From Octopus bimaculoides (Eukaryota), in NCBI RefSeq assembly GCF_001194135.2, contig NC_068994.1, forward strand, positions 39,245,111 to 39,309,110: a stretch of 64,000 bases of DNA, in the 5' to 3' direction. Of the stretch, positions 37,485 to 51,267 are shown piece after piece. The notes beneath the pieces are model-generated. The model saw only the letters and a program-made list of their open reading frames with translations. It was not told where the DNA came from and ran no database searches. Position numbers and translations under genes: made by a program. Position 1 is the first letter of the stretch, and each line of letters begins with the position of its first letter.

Positions 37485-38479
37485 CATACATATATATATG
37501 CCTCTTGCCCTTTCCCTCTCTCTCTCTCTCTCTCTCTTTCACTTTCTCTCTCTTTCTCTCCCTGTGTACTTAGACCCACTGTCACAAGGAAATTAAAAAT
37601 TCACATCAGATATTCTACAGTAATAAATTCAATAAAAAATGGAGATTTAATTTGACAAAATCAGCACATATCGTCTAAAGCAGCTGCATAGATAAGAATA
37701 TTACCAAACATATGAGTATGCACTGAAGTCTAAATTACAAAAAGACAAAAATATATCAACCCTTCCTTTCTAGATCTTTGTCATGGCTATTTACCTAACA
37801 TCAGTATCTGTACTGTGTTAATCAAAACTTTACTAAGATTTGATTTCACACCTAATTATGTCCTAATGGATTTTTAAATTGGGGTTTATTCATAAAAATA
37901 TGCACCTATAAAGAAAAAAATGCACAGACACATACACACATATATACATGTATACTTACACATACATATAATTATACGCATACACACACACACAGATAAA
38001 TAGATAGATAGATAGATATACATAAGCATATGTATCTATAGCAATATTTCTGTCTGTCTGTCTGTCTGCCTGCCTGACTGACTGTCTGTCTGTCTGCCTA
38101 CCTATCTACTAACCGTCACCTGTTTCCAAGCGAGACAACATTTCCTATGGCCAGACATTATATCCCAGAAGATTGGACACAAATGTCACCCATTTACAAT
38201 ACGCAATGTCTAGACAAGGAAAGCCAAATACACATGCTTACATGAAACATTCACATGTGTAACACATACCCACAAACACACAAATATATATATATATGTA
38301 CGTATGTACATACATACACACACACGCACACATATATACATACATATATATACACACACATACACACACACACACACATATATATTATATATATGCATAT
38401 ATATATATGCTTACATTTATACTTGCATATTTACACATAAACATGTGCATGCACACATACACACATATAATACATTTAT

Positions 38480-38880
38480 ACATGTATGGTTATGGAGCAA
38501 AGAAGTTAGTTTTGCTACCATATGGTTCTGGGTTCAGTCCCACTGTGTAGCACTTTGGGCAAGTGTCCCCTATTATATCTCAGAGCCAACTAAAGTCTTG
38601 CAATTGAATTTGGTTGACTGAGACTGTACAAAAGCCCAACAAACATACATACATACAATACATACATACATACATACATACATACATACATGTGTGCATG
38701 AATTATTATATATGTGCATCTTTTTGTGAGCATCTTCTATGTTTGCTTTATCTCTTAGCACTTGACAACTATATTAGTTTGTTTACCCACCAACAATGCT
38801 GCATGTCAGCAATACAAATCCATAGACTAAGTAACAGACTCAAAATAAGTACTAGGATCTATTTGATTTCCTAAAACACT
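38480..38880 (+). mobile_element. SINE family B
   Basis: GGTTCTGGGTTCAGTCCCACTG..TTGGGCAAGTGTC head and 3' AAAATAAGTACTAGG. Confidence 0.75.
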
Positions 38881-39185
38881 TCAGGAGTTTTAGATGATCA
38901 AATATTTGAATTTTAACCAGTATGCTTAGTTACATATACTTTCATTACTGTTACAGTTTCACCATTGTGATTTATCTAAATGGTAGCATAAGTAATTGCC
39001 CATGGTGACAGTGTATTAGTAATGGTGGGACAAGGATAGCCAACCTAGTATAGTGTTTTTATACACAATCATTCATTTTACAACAATACTGAGAGCCGTC
39101 TGAGGTTTTGCTATGTTATCACACATGAGTTAGCATTGTTATATATACATGCATTTCTGGCACTCTGTTGGTTATGATGATGAGT

Positions 39186-39478
39186 GTTCTAGTTGATCCA
39201 GCCAATGAAACAGGTTGCTTGTGAAATCAATGTGTCAGTAGCTGAGCACTCTACAATAGCATGCACCCTTAATGCACTACTCAGGGATGTTTGGTGTGAG
39301 AGAGAATGTGACAAGGCTGGCCCTTTGAAATACAAGCACTACTCAAATTTGACAGCTGAGGGAACTGGAACAACATGAAATAAAGTGTTTTGCTCAAGGA
39401 CTCAACATGCTGCCAGGTATTGAACTCATTATCTTATGATTGTAAGTTGAATACCCCAACCACTAAACCACTCACCTC
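39186..39478 (-). mobile_element. SINE family D (head and central domain shared with family C, different 3' part)
   Basis: GAACTGGAACAACATGAAATAAAGTG..TTGCTCAAG central block; matches 44765-45075 in inverse orientation. Confidence 0.75.
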
Positions 39479-39623
39479 CATTTAATGCCTACATACATGC
39501 ATACATACAAACTTATGTATGTACATATGCCCGGTACATGCTGTAAAGTGATTGGCATTAAGAAGAGCATCCAGCTATAGAAACAATGCCAAGCAGAAAC
39601 TGAAGCACAATGTAGTCTTTGTG

Positions 39624-39665
<42 letters not shown>

Positions 39666-40472
39666 GAATAATGATGGTGAGCAATGATGAAGATTGTAAT
39701 AATGAGAAAAACTCTAGTTCTGAAGAAGCCGGATGCTGGTGCAGTTGTGGTTGTGATATGTGTGTATCATCAGCATCAGCATTGCCACCACCATCTCTGT
39801 CTTCATTGTCTACTTCATTGCCTCATGACTATAAGACCATTGCTGGTGCCATGACCACTATTCATTCACTACTACCATTATGAATAGGCTATTTCTATCT
39901 TTTTCCTTATTACCAACAACATCAATATTATCACTGCAACATTTATCCTTTCTATCATACATGCCTCTTTTCCCCTGACACAACTTTGTCCCTCCTGTTA
40001 TAGTTGTCTTCCACCCTATCTATCTATGTCTGTATATACTTTTCTAATTATCTGTATAGAGGAAACTTCTTCTTCCTTTAGTCCCAGATATGCCATTAAG
40101 TGAAACAAAATATATTTTGTCTTACTCAGTGTTTTTGCTTAAACATATTGACGCCGACAGTTTCCTCTTGAGTTCTTTGTTCTAAGTGGCCTATATTCTT
40201 AAAAAATTGGTAACTCTAGAACTATAGAAATTTTGAGAGACATGTAGAAGATGAAGAAGATAAAAACTATAAATAGTAGTGTGTAAATATTGGTTTCAAA
40301 TCCCCTTGGATGGAAAAAGTTGGGACTCAAACCCACATCTTCAGTAAACAAAGCAGACGTTCTGCCATTGTACCAAAGCAATTCTTTGACTTTCTCCATC
40401 CATTCTATGTATGCATGTGTGAGTGAGGGTCATGTATGTATGAGTGTATGTATGTGTGTCTTCACATCTGTA

Positions 40473-40515
<43 letters not shown>

Positions 40516-40530
40516 NNNNNNNNNNATATA

Positions 40531-40565
<35 letters not shown>

Positions 40566-41522
40566 GTATATATTTCTAAAGAATAACTACATCATAGAAG
40601 AGCCCTTTAATTAACATACATCAAATGAAATAAATTTTAATTTTAAGTGATTTTAACAACTTTCTGTTATACAACTGTTATCTGGTCACTGACACAGTTC
40701 TAGCACAACTGCTTGAAAAGCCTGTCATTGTCCAGATTTTTATAGGCTTAAGGTTTTATATTTTATTTTTTACTTTGTTTCCCTTTTTCCTATTGCATTG
40801 AGAAACAGAAATGCTTGTTGTGCTCATGTAGATTACCTTTGAGTTGTTAGTCTTGAACTTTGGTCAACCATCAATTCCTTTTCAGTTTACCTTTTTGACA
40901 CTGGTCACTGTTATTGCTATCTTAAGGGTTTGGTACACAGTGCAATTGCCTGGGGGCCTCACAGATCTAGGGACCCAATTCTGATCTGTGTGTACTGTGG
41001 CTTACTGTCCATAAATAAACACTATAGGGCCCAGTGCAGTGATTTGATCAGGGGCCTACAATGCTGCAAAGACAGCCCTGGTCACCAGTTTCTTTCAGAT
41101 ATATAGTTTATATTGTTCGTCAACATAATAACGATCACTGGTACACTTTGAAATTTAATTACTCTACAAAACTGATTTCAAAAAACTTAAACAATTACCA
41201 ACCACTGACTGAGGTTAGGGGGGGGGAATAAAGTGAAAACTGGAAGGGGTTTAATAATGATCAACTGTGAGTAATGTCATCGGTCTCAAAATTAATCTAC
41301 ATGACTACAACAAACATCTATATCTCTAAACTCAAAAGGAAAGAGAAAGTAAAATAAAGATTTTTTAAATAAAAAAAAAAGCAAGGAAAAAGAATTCTTT
41401 AGGACTATAAGAACCAGCTAATAAAAGACTTCTCAAGCAGTTGCAATGAAACTGTGTCAGTGACCAGGTTACAAACATGTGATAAAAGTTTTAACACCCC
41501 CATGAAATAAATTTGAACTTAA

Positions 41523-41733
41523 CCCTTTAGAATTCAGATTACTCTATAAAATGTCATGCTCTATAAAATACAATGTTGTTTTGAATTAATCATGCATTTG
41601 AAATTTTGATGATGTAATAGTTTGTTTTTATAATGAAAGTGTTGGAGAGGTGTGAGAGGCCAGATCTGGCCAGTTTGAACATAAACCAGGTCAAATATTT
41701 AAGCTAGATATTGCTGGCTTGAATGCTAAAGGG
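41523..41733 (+). mobile_element. piggyBac-like MITE
   Basis: TTAA|CCCTTTAGAATTCA ... TGAATGCTAAAGGG|TTAA. Confidence 0.9.
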
Positions 41734-42829
41734 TTAAAGAAAATTACAGTTTTGTGTTATTAAATTCACTTTGCTATGGCGCAGTGGCTTCAATTTCATG
41801 AAGTCTCTTGCCAGTCAAGTACAGCTCTAAAATTTACAAAGAGCATTTTACAAAAGTAAATGAAAAATAACAACAAAAATGAATCAGATGGGTGGATCCA
41901 TTCACTTTTGTTCTTGCTTTCATTGGTAAATTGGTAAAGTGGGTGTCTGGAAAAATGGGTCTATATGTATTTGATGTTATTTTACTAACTCCTTCCCTTC
42001 AGTGTGAGCTAAAATCCAAAAATGTGAGGCTTGGATTTTAGCTCATCATGTAGTCTATAAGGAAGATATGAAGTCAGACGTTTTTCTCCAGTTATATTAT
42101 GCATATCTACAAAGCATAAAATTCAACATATTTAGGGACAGACCTATATTCCATTTGGATTTGATTGACAAGGTTCCAGAGACAAGATCTATACAACAAC
42201 TTTGGAGAGATACTGTCTTTTTGAGGTCAGAAATTGCATTTTAGGTGTAACAGTTGTGTACCACAAAATGATGGATGAATACACAGACTGCCATATTGCA
42301 GAACAGACAGATGCAAAGAAATTTTCAGAGCAAATATCAGAGAGAGAGAGAGAGAGAACAAAATAAAGCAAGCATGAAAAAAGAGGCTCAAAGACAATGA
42401 ATATTGGGTTTATATTGGTCTGATACTCTAAGAGGAGCAAATGGAAAACCAATTAAGAACACTGTCTAAAGATTCCTGATATTCTTGTCAGAATAAGGTG
42501 TGGCTATACTCTAAGCCAATATCTGTCATCAAGCCGAGAACTACTATAACTTTTGTTATTTATAAATTTATGACTTAACTTGCCAATACAGAAAGGCAAG
42601 ACATAAGCAACAAAACAGCAATTATGCATCAAGATATACTAATACATTAACAAGGCAGAATGACTATGTGCAGTATTTTAGTTTTGAGTAACATACTGAA
42701 CTTATACAGAAACCCTGGGCTTAACCAGATACTTTTATTAAAAGTCATAAAACGCATAAGGTCAGTTGCCCAGTCTATGTGGTATATAAGTGATTGAGAT
42801 CATGATAATCATCTGAATGGTATGCCAGT

Positions 42830-43040
42830 CCATTGCACAGTTCAAGGCCAGTAATTTTGAGGCCAAGGGGACAAGTTGATTACATTGATTCCAGTACTTG
42901 AATTGTACTCTATATTATCAATGCTGAAGGAGTGAAAGACAAAGTTGATGTTGGCAGGATTTGAACTCAGAACATAAAAAGTTGAAAAAAAATGCTGGTA
43001 AGCATTTTGTCTGATGTGCTAATGATTCTGCCAGCTCACC
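42830..43040 (-). mobile_element. SINE family A
   Basis: GTGAAAGACAAAGTTGATG..TTTGAACTCAGAA..GATTCTGCCAGCTCACC. Confidence 0.8.
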
Positions 43041-43448
43041 GTTATTTACCAGATATACTAATACTATAAACCTCTGGAGTGGGAAAGAAAATTCCATTAG
43101 GAAACAAAACCTGATTTTAAATTACTTCATAAAGAATTGGACACGGAGAAGTACATATTTAGTTTTCTCAAACAGCAAAGATACCTCAGCTCCCAATTCA
43201 TTAATGTATTGATAACAAAAAAAGACAAACTTATCTGATGAAGGATCATGAACCAAGAAGCATTTTTAGCATAATGATAAAATATTCAGACATGAATTTT
43301 AAACAAACTACAAGGTTTCCAATCAACAATCATACTTAAATGTAATATGTTCGATTGTTTTCTCTTTTTACTTTTAATCACATGCAACTGAATAAATATA
43401 CACCCACAGTCTAACCATGTTGTCTGAGATACACCTACATATTATATG

Positions 43449-43481
<33 letters not shown>

Positions 43482-43484
<3 letters not shown>

Positions 43485-43816
43485 GGTAAAGTCACCCTTT
43501 GGTCATGAAAGACCATGGAATTGCACCTAGAAAGTTCCCCTCCAAGGCACAAATCAGAGCAAGATTGTTTATGGAAGACCACCAGTTTCCCATGCATACC
43601 AGCCTCTCCTCTCTCCTCACCACTAACGTTATCCAAGAGAAATGTGAATGCTGATTCAGCTTGGCACCAGTGACATTGCAACTCATTTCTACAGCTGAGT
43701 GAACTGGAACAACATGAAATAAAGTGTCTTGTTTAAGAACACAACTCACAGCCCAGTCTAGGAATTGAACCCACTACCTTATGATTGTGAGCCCGACTCT
43801 CTAACCACTGAGCCAC
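43482..43816 (-). mobile_element. SINE family C (tRNA-like head, CORE-like central block)
   Basis: On the minus strand GGCTCAGTGGTTAGAG..GGTTCAATTCC boxes, then TGTTCTT..AAGACACTTTATTTCATGTTG; matches 47141-47468. Confidence 0.82.
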
Positions 43817-44211
43817 ACACATATATATACATGTATAATTCTCATGATGTCAACAACAAACAATTCTTGCTATTAAGAATAAAGTTTCTAAAACAGATAT
43901 AGAAATTCAAAGGATTGTTTTGGTCTGATGGTAGAAGGCCTGTCATGTTTACAAGAACAGTGGATTCAAATTCCATGGACAGCCTTCAATTTTTTTCTTT
44001 CCAAAAGGGATAGAAATATTTATATGCAATTGTTTATAGCTTTATTGGCTTCAAGATCCACCATTCCCCCAAAAATTATATCATATTCTCTCCAGGTTTA
44101 TAACAATTCTTGTGATGCTAACTATATCTATATATTTATTTTCACAAGGAAAAGGCTGTAACTTCGAAGTTTTGGCTTCCATCAGCAGACTGATTTAGTT
44201 TGGTGTTTTAA

Positions 44212-44429
44212 CCCTTTAGTATTTAAACTGGGCTTATCCAGCCAAAATAATCTACCTGTTTTATCTTCAAACTGGCAAGATCCAGTCTTTCACACTTACT
44301 CTACAATATTATTCTAAACATAAACAATAACATCTTTGAATTCTGAAAACTACAAGGTAATGCGTGATTAATTCCAAACAACATGAATAAATAACTTACA
44401 TTTGACACAGAAATCTGAATGCTAACAGT
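44212..44429 (-). mobile_element. piggyBac-like MITE, inverted relative to 41523
   Basis: TTAA|CCCTTTAGTATTTAAACTGG ... CTGAATGCTAACAGT|TTAA. Confidence 0.8.
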
Positions 44430-44764
44430 TTAAGCTTAATCTTTAGTATTTTTGGTGTGATTTGTGGCATTTGGTGAATGAAGCAATGTAGATGCAAAGT
44501 ATAAATGGTGTGAATGAATTAACAAGGAAAAAAAAGGGTATTTGTAAGCAAGGGAATGGAGAAGAAGAGGAAGGAAGTATATGTTTGTAAGAGGATAGAG
44601 AAAAAATTATGGTAAACAGCATTCTCCTGGATTGAGAAAGGACATTGTATTTGCTGAGTAACAAGTACTAAGTTGGTTACATTTACTGTGAAGGGATTGA
44701 TGTTTGTTTATATGTTATTGTTTAGGTTCAGTGAGCATATATGTAAAAGAAGGTACAAATGAAA

Positions 44765-45075
44765 GCACATGGCTCAGTGCTTGTAAGATTGTGAGTTAAC
44801 AGCTCTGTGCTTGTAAGATTGTGGGTTCTGTCTTTGAGCAAGATACTTTATTTCATGTTGCTCCAGTCTACTCATGCTGGTAAAAATGAGCAGTGCTTGT
44901 AATTCAAAAGGGCTAGTCTTGTCACATTCTATACCTTGCTGAATCTCTCTGAGAACTATATAAAGGGTTTGCATATCTGTGCAGCGCTCAGCCACTTGCA
45001 TGTTAATTTCACAAACAGGTTGTTCCATTGATTGGATCAACTGAAATCCTTGTCATTGTGACCAGCTGAGTGCCA
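44765..45075 (+). mobile_element. SINE family D
   Basis: GGCTCAGTG head; TTGAGCAAGATACTTTATTTCATGTTGCTCCAG central block. Confidence 0.75.
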
Positions 45076-45429
45076 GTTTAAAATGTTTAAAAGAAGATAC
45101 AGAAAGTTTGATTTATAGAGAAATTCAAGAGGCTGTTAGATCAAATTTAGCTTACAATTTGTGTTAGTTAAAGGTTTTCTTAGATGTATACAAGATTGCT
45201 TATAGGTTTCTTAGTGAAAAAAGTGTTAGTTATTATACTATTCTAGGGACCATGCACAAATGTTTATAAAGAAAGGTGGAGCTGTTAACTTATCCCTTGT
45301 AAAAATAATTAAGTACTGTAATGAAAAATATTGAGGCAACCTTCTAGTTAATAATTAGACTGTCTCTTTCTCTATATATATAATTTTACATAGAAACAAA
45401 CATTATGCATGCATTTTCATATGTACAGG

Positions 45430-45760
45430 GGCAGGCACAGCTGTGGTTAGAAGTTTGCTTCTCAATTACATGATTCTGGGTTCAGTCCCACTGCATGATA
45501 CCTTAGGCAAATAATGTCTGACCAGAGGCTTGTGGGTGGATTTGGTAGATGGAAACTGAAAGAAGCCTCTCTCTCTCTCACACACACACACAGACTATAC
45601 ACATGTGTATGAACTCATGTGTGTGTCTTTAAGTCTGTGTTTGTCCCTCCACTACTCCTTGATAACCAGTGTAGGTGTGTTTATATCCCTGTAACTTAAT
45701 GGTTCAGCAAAAGAAACCAATAGAGTAAGTATCAGAAGTTTAAAAACAAACTTAGATATT
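45430..45760 (+). mobile_element. SINE family B
   Basis: Head and GGATTTGGTAGATGGAAACTGAAAGAAGCC block. Confidence 0.78.
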
Positions 45761-45779
45761 CGGGTCAAATTCTACAAGA

Positions 45780-46005
45780 AACACCACCATCAGTTGTCAA
45801 GTGATAGGTGGGGACAAACACAGACACAGAAACACACACACACGACAGGCTTCTTTCAGTTTCCGTCTACCAAATCCACTCACAAGGCTTTGGTCGGCCC
45901 GAGGCTATAGTAGATGACACTTGCCTAAGATTTCATGCAGTGGGACTGAACCTGGAACCATGTGGTTGGTAAGCAAGCTACTTACCACACAGCCACTTCT
46001 GCACC
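45780..46005 (-). mobile_element. SINE family B, young (CpGs retained)
   Basis: CTTTCAGTTTCCGTCTACCAAATCCACTCACAAGGCTTTGGTCGGCCCGAGG; near-identical to 63836-64000. Confidence 0.9.
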
Positions 46006-46136
46006 TATANNNNNNNNNNNNNNNNNNNNNNNNNNNNNNNNNNNNNNNNNNNNNNNNNNNNNNNNNNNNNNNNNNNNNNNNNNNNNNNNNNNNNNNNNNN
46101 NNNNNNNNNNNNNNNNNNNNNNNNNNNNNNNNNNNN

Positions 46137-46189
<53 letters not shown>

Positions 46190-46242
46190 GTATGTATATA
46201 TAATAAACAGTAAATAATATATATATATATTTATGTATACTA

Positions 46243-46400
46243 CACTCTGAGTGGTTGGCGTTAGGAAGGGCATCCAGCTGTAGAAACTCTGCCAAATTTA
46301 GATTGGAGCCTGGTGTTGCCATCCGGTTTCACCAGTCCTCAGTCAAATCGTCCAACCCATGCTAGCATGGAAAGCGGACGTTAAACGATGATGATGATGA
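46243..46400 (+). mobile_element. SINE fragment with Meta-like domain and (GAT)n tail, young
   Basis: GAGTGGTTGGCGTTAGGAAGGGCATCCAGCTGTAGAAAC...GCGGACGTTAAACGATGATGATG; older relatives near 13000-13130, 34290, 39545. The Meta label is from recall. Confidence 0.7.
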
Positions 46401-46691
46401 TACATGCATATAAGGGTACAAGACATCACCAACGGTGCAAATGACATGAAATTTGTAAACAAACAAGTTAAATAATATATATGTCAGCCTATATATATCT
46501 ATCAACCAAATTCACTCATAAGGTATTGGTCAGTTCAGTGTGTTGCAGAGTAGGACTGAATCTGAAAACATATGGTTGCAAAGTACACTTCATAACCTCA
46601 CATCTATGTCTGTGCCTTATTTTAGTTCTCTCCCTTTAAAAACTTGCGCTTCCACTACCATTAAGATTACACTCTTCATACAATTTATTAA

Positions 46692-46894
46692 GGTGGCAAG
46701 CTGGCAGAAACGTTAGCATGCCGGGTGANNNNNNNNNNCGTTTGTCTTTATACTGAGTTCAAATTCCGCTGAGGTCGACTTTGCCTTTCATCCTTTTGAG
46801 GTCGATAAATTAAGTACCAGTTGTGTACTGGGGTCGACCCAGTTGACTGGCCCCCTCCCACAAAATTTTGGGCCTTGTGCCTTGAGTAGAAATG
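46692..46894 (+). mobile_element. SINE family A, young, 10-bp TSD
   Basis: TSD AATTTATTAA at 46682-46691 and 46895-46904; 10-N gap inside. Confidence 0.9.
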
Positions 46895-47140
46895 AATTTA
46901 TTAAAGTATAATGAAGGCATAGTTAAAAGAGACATAACACTGTTTTATTGCATTGACCAGACCATTACATGTCATACACTACTGGTGACAATGCACTTCC
47001 TTGCATTGTTGTAGCCTTCAAATGATGTCATGCAAGCTAGCTAGGTGGGCAGGTCAACATTCCTTCTAAACCTGATACCAGTATGTCACAGTTGGTTAAC
47101 CCATTTGCAGCTGATTGGACTGGGTAAAGGGCAAAAACCA

Positions 47141-47468
47141 TTTTTGGTCATGAATAACCATGGGATTGCACTTAGAAAGTTACCCTCCGAGGTGCAAGTC
47201 CAGGCAAGGTTGTTTATGGAAGACCAGCAGTTTCCTATGCATACCAACCTCTCCCGTCCATGTCATTGATGTTATCCAAGAGAAAGGCAAGCATTGATAC
47301 TGCTTGGCACCAGTGACATCGCGACTCATTTCTACAGCTAATGAACTGGAGCAATGTGAAATAAAGTGTCTTGCTCAAAAACACAACACACAGTCCGGTC
47401 TGGGAATCGAACTCACTATCTAATGATTATGAGCCCAACGTTCTAACCACTGAGCCATGTGCCTTCAC
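47141..47468 (-). mobile_element. SINE family C, followed by two more C/D head fragments to ~47690
   Basis: Full-length match to 43482-43816. Confidence 0.82.
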
Positions 47469-47779
47469 ACTGAGTGGACTGGAGCAACATGAAAACTGAT
47501 GGTCAAGAACACAGAGTCTCATGGTACTCTGTGTTCTTGAGCAAAACAATTTATTTCAGTTGTGAGTGGACTGGAGTAACATAAAATGAATTGTCTTGCT
47601 CAAGAACACAAAGTACCACCAGTCTGAGAATTGAAACCACATCTTGCAATCATGAAGGTAACACTCCAACTATTAGCCATGTGTCTTCACAACAGAGGGA
47701 TATAAACATGTAAAAATTCAAAATAAGTCTTTCAGTGTTTCTTGAAAAATCAGAATGAATACCAGAATGGTAGATATTG

Positions 47780-47990
47780 ATTTCAAATTTTGGCACAAGG
47801 CCAGCAATTTCAGGGATAGGTTAAGCTAATTACATTGACCCCAGTGATCAACTGATACTCGTTTTATCCTAAAAGGATGAAAGACAAAATTGACCTCGGT
47901 ATAATTTGAACTCAGAGTGTAAAGATGGATGAAATGCTGCTAAGCACTTTATCCAGCATGCTAATGATTTTACCAGCTTACTGCCTTACA
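47780..47990 (-). mobile_element. SINE family A
   Basis: GGCACAAGGCC..GGATGAAAGACAAAATTGACCTCGG..TTTGAACTCAG. Confidence 0.8.
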
Positions 47991-48739
47991 GAAAGGTAGA
48001 TATCATTAACTGAATTGAGGACTAATAATGGATCTGAAAAACACCAATGGAATTTTAAAACTAACATTGGTAGAACCTAAATGTACAGTTAGATATACCT
48101 ATAAAGTCAAGTGACTGAATTCTACTGTCTAGGCCCACAAAACGAGAAGAAGACTAGGAAAAAAATGTATTTAAATAACAGTAGTTTTCTAACATTTGGG
48201 ATAATAAATGATATAGAGGCATGAAGAATATTGCATGTTAAGAAAGCACGTGCCGGCATTGTAAAAAAACGAACATTAAAATGATGAAAGATGTTAATGA
48301 TAAAGATGACTGTTTGTGTACTTGTATGCACCAGTTTGTGTGTGTGTGTGAGCGTGTGTGCATGTGCGTGTATTGTGTCTGTGTATGTATATTTAGAGTG
48401 TGTGCACAAGCGTGAGTGTATTGTGAATTTGTTAATGTTCTTTTACAATTAAAATTAAGCGTAATCGATACATGCTATTTTCTATGGGAGAAATGTACAG
48501 TCTGATGAATGTGTGTATGTTTGTGCATTGTGTACTCGTATGTGAGTATATGTATAAGTGTGTGAGTGTGTGTGTGATAATGAATATTATAAGCCCATTT
48601 CTAAAGGTCTCAGACAGCTGGATTTGTCTTGAAAAGATGGGATTTGTTAGTAGATAAAGACATGAATCAGAGCAAGTAATTATCTAGTTATTTTACACAG
48701 GCAATTACAAATATCCCAGGGTAAAGCTGCATTTATGAA

Positions 48740-49070
48740 ATGTTTAGATCCCACTGCACAGCACCTTAGGCAACTGTCTACTATTATAGCCCCAGGTTGA
48801 CCACAGCCTTGTGCATGGATTTTGTAGACAGAAACTGTGTATGTCTTTATGTTTATGCTTGTCTCCCATCTTCGTTTGACAACCAGTGTTGGCTTGATTA
48901 TATCCTCATAACTTAGTGGTTTGACAAAAGAGACTGATAGAATAAGTACCGTACTTTAAAAATAAGTACTGAGAATGATTTGTTTGACTAAATCCAAATC
49001 TATGATGGTGGTGCCCCAGCATGGCCACAGTTCAATAGCTGTAAGTAGCAAAGCTAAGGAATATAAAAGA
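48740..49070 (+). mobile_element. SINE family B
   Basis: CACCTTAGGCAA..CTATTATAGCCCC; 3' GCCCCAGCATGGCCACAG. Confidence 0.7.
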
Positions 49071-50329
49071 TATTAATTTTCACTCAATCCTAGCTACCAA
49101 ACAGGTACCGTTATTTAATTTCATACATTTTTAGGGGTTGGTCAGATATGGAAGAGTAGTGCCTGCAAATTTTTAGTGGGTCTCTGCTATTGGTGCAAAG
49201 AAAGAAGAAAATTATCAATTATCCACAGACCATAATCTCTGTCCAAATAGTCACAATAGATGTTCTCTGATCATGTGACCAAATGAAAGAAATGGTGCTG
49301 CTAAATGTGGTGACAGACTAACTCTACTACCCACCAAAATAAAAATGGTTTCTTGGATGGCCTTCCATACAGTTTAACAGTCTACCACAAAATTTCCATT
49401 CCAAGACTTCGACCGACCTGTGGCATACATAATCATACACACACACACACACTCCCAACCATGTGCATGCACATATACATGCATGCACACGCACACATAA
49501 TTATTGGTAAATTTATAAAGATGTAACATAGCAACATGCACAATGAAGAAAACTATAGCTATTAAAACCAAAACTCATATGTAAAAGTTATTGTTTTAAC
49601 AATAGGCCTAATTAACCAAATGAAGCTGATATGTAACAATATCAATCATAATGTAAAATAATATACATATATATATATAACATATACGTTAATCCTTGAG
49701 CTGACAATATGACATAGAATTAACTGGAGAAAGAAAATGAATCTACTATGTTTGCAATTAAAATAGTAAAAATCATTAATAAAAATAAGTTAGAATGAAA
49801 TCTATTTTAGATATTACAAAAACGTCAAGAACACAATATATTTTAGTTTAAGTGATTGATTGATATACATGTAAAATTGTCAATAAATTTATACCAAAGC
49901 GTGTATACAGAGATTAATAATAATATTTTCTTACATTGGTGCAAACATATAGATTTGTTAGGAAGTGGGTACAGTTGATTGAATTAATCCTCTCTATTGC
50001 TGCCTTGAATTTTTATGTGACTGCTCAATCAGTTGTAAGAGCAGCTAAATCACCCTCTGATTTCATCTAACCCTTATAAAAAAATGGAAAGCATGCATGG
50101 GATAATCTAATTAACAAAACGGCAGGGTGATCATGGATGGAATGATGTTGTTCAAAGGTCTGTTCAGTCAGGAATGAACTTGGGCTGAACAACAACGACA
50201 GCAACAACATTCTAATTATTTTATAGGCCCTAAAGGTCAAAAGTAAAAATCACCCAAAGGAAAGATAAAACTAAATAATATAAAACAGAATAAAACAAGT
50301 GGTACAAAATTACAGTCATATCATCTATT

Positions 50330-50850
50330 GTATCTTCTGTGCAGAGCAATGAAATAATTATTCATGCAATCATTCAGTATTTGAGGATTACTGACTTACA
50401 GAGTTATGTCAAACAGCTATCAAACAATTATCAACGAGTCCATTATGAAGATCAAACCACTACCTTCCTTAGGCCAGGAAAGGCAGGTAGTTTTCCTCCA
50501 TCTAGTGGTCATGGTGACAGAGGTTGTACAGTTGAAAAGATTGAAATGACTGAGGACATATTTTCCTGTCTGAGCAAGCTCCTATCGGCTTTTTTAAATT
50601 CCACTCAGATAGGATAAGTGTTGGGAGGGAGTAAATTTATTGAATGATGGGAGAGATTGTCAAGCACGGCCCACATGAATGGATTGACATTCAGCACACA
50701 CATCTTTAAGACAGGGAATACAGATGAGAATGGGCTTTATCACACTGGGAATTGGGTTAAATCTGGACCTGTAGGAAGGGTTAAATGACTCTAAGTGGTT
50801 GTTCTTCATTTGGGACTTTATCATATTTGTAAATACTGGGTCACTCCAAG
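50330..50850 (-). mobile_element. Possible highly decayed CR1/L2-like LINE ORF2 fragment
   Basis: Only the ..VSNPQILNDCMNNYF segment resembles the TDP..IA..FNNYF linker motif; many stops. Confidence 0.3.
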
Positions 50851-51183
50851 TTTCATTTGACTTCTATGTAAACCATTACATTTTTTGTTACCTATAATAG
50901 TTGAAGGGATATTATATTCCTTCACCTGTTGTCTTTGTGTCTATAATAAGGTAGTGAATGCACAAAACTGTTAGAGTATCAGCCAAAATGTTTTGCACAA
51001 TTTATTCTAAATCACCATATTCTAGATTAAAATCCTATTGAAGATAAAAGAAAGTACCAGCCAAGTACAGGGGGTAATTTAATCAACTAACATTCTTCCG
51101 CCAAATATGAAGTATTGAACCTATACTAGAAATGATTTCTTACTGTTATCATTATGATTACTATTATTATTGTTGTTATTGTC

Positions 51184-51242
<59 letters not shown>

Positions 51243-51267
51243 CATCATCATCATTATCATTATTATT

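Noticed and set aside
38120-38209. Apparent 90-nt minus-strand exon with AG/GT ends
   Set aside because: All three frames contain stops; the plus strand reads FLWPDIISQK.., better explained as an RTE LINE C-terminal remnant.
44155-44190. Second hammerhead-like motif on the minus strand (CTGATG-GAAG..CTTC-GAAG); also CTGATGA at ~43235
   Set aside because: A9 and GAAA are missing, stem I is only 3 bp and there is no stem III; the 43235 site has no downstream boxes.
49180-49275. THAP-like peptide WVSAIG..HNLCPNSH
   Set aside because: Lacks the C2CH signature and HF motif, is flanked by stops and has no supporting transposase.
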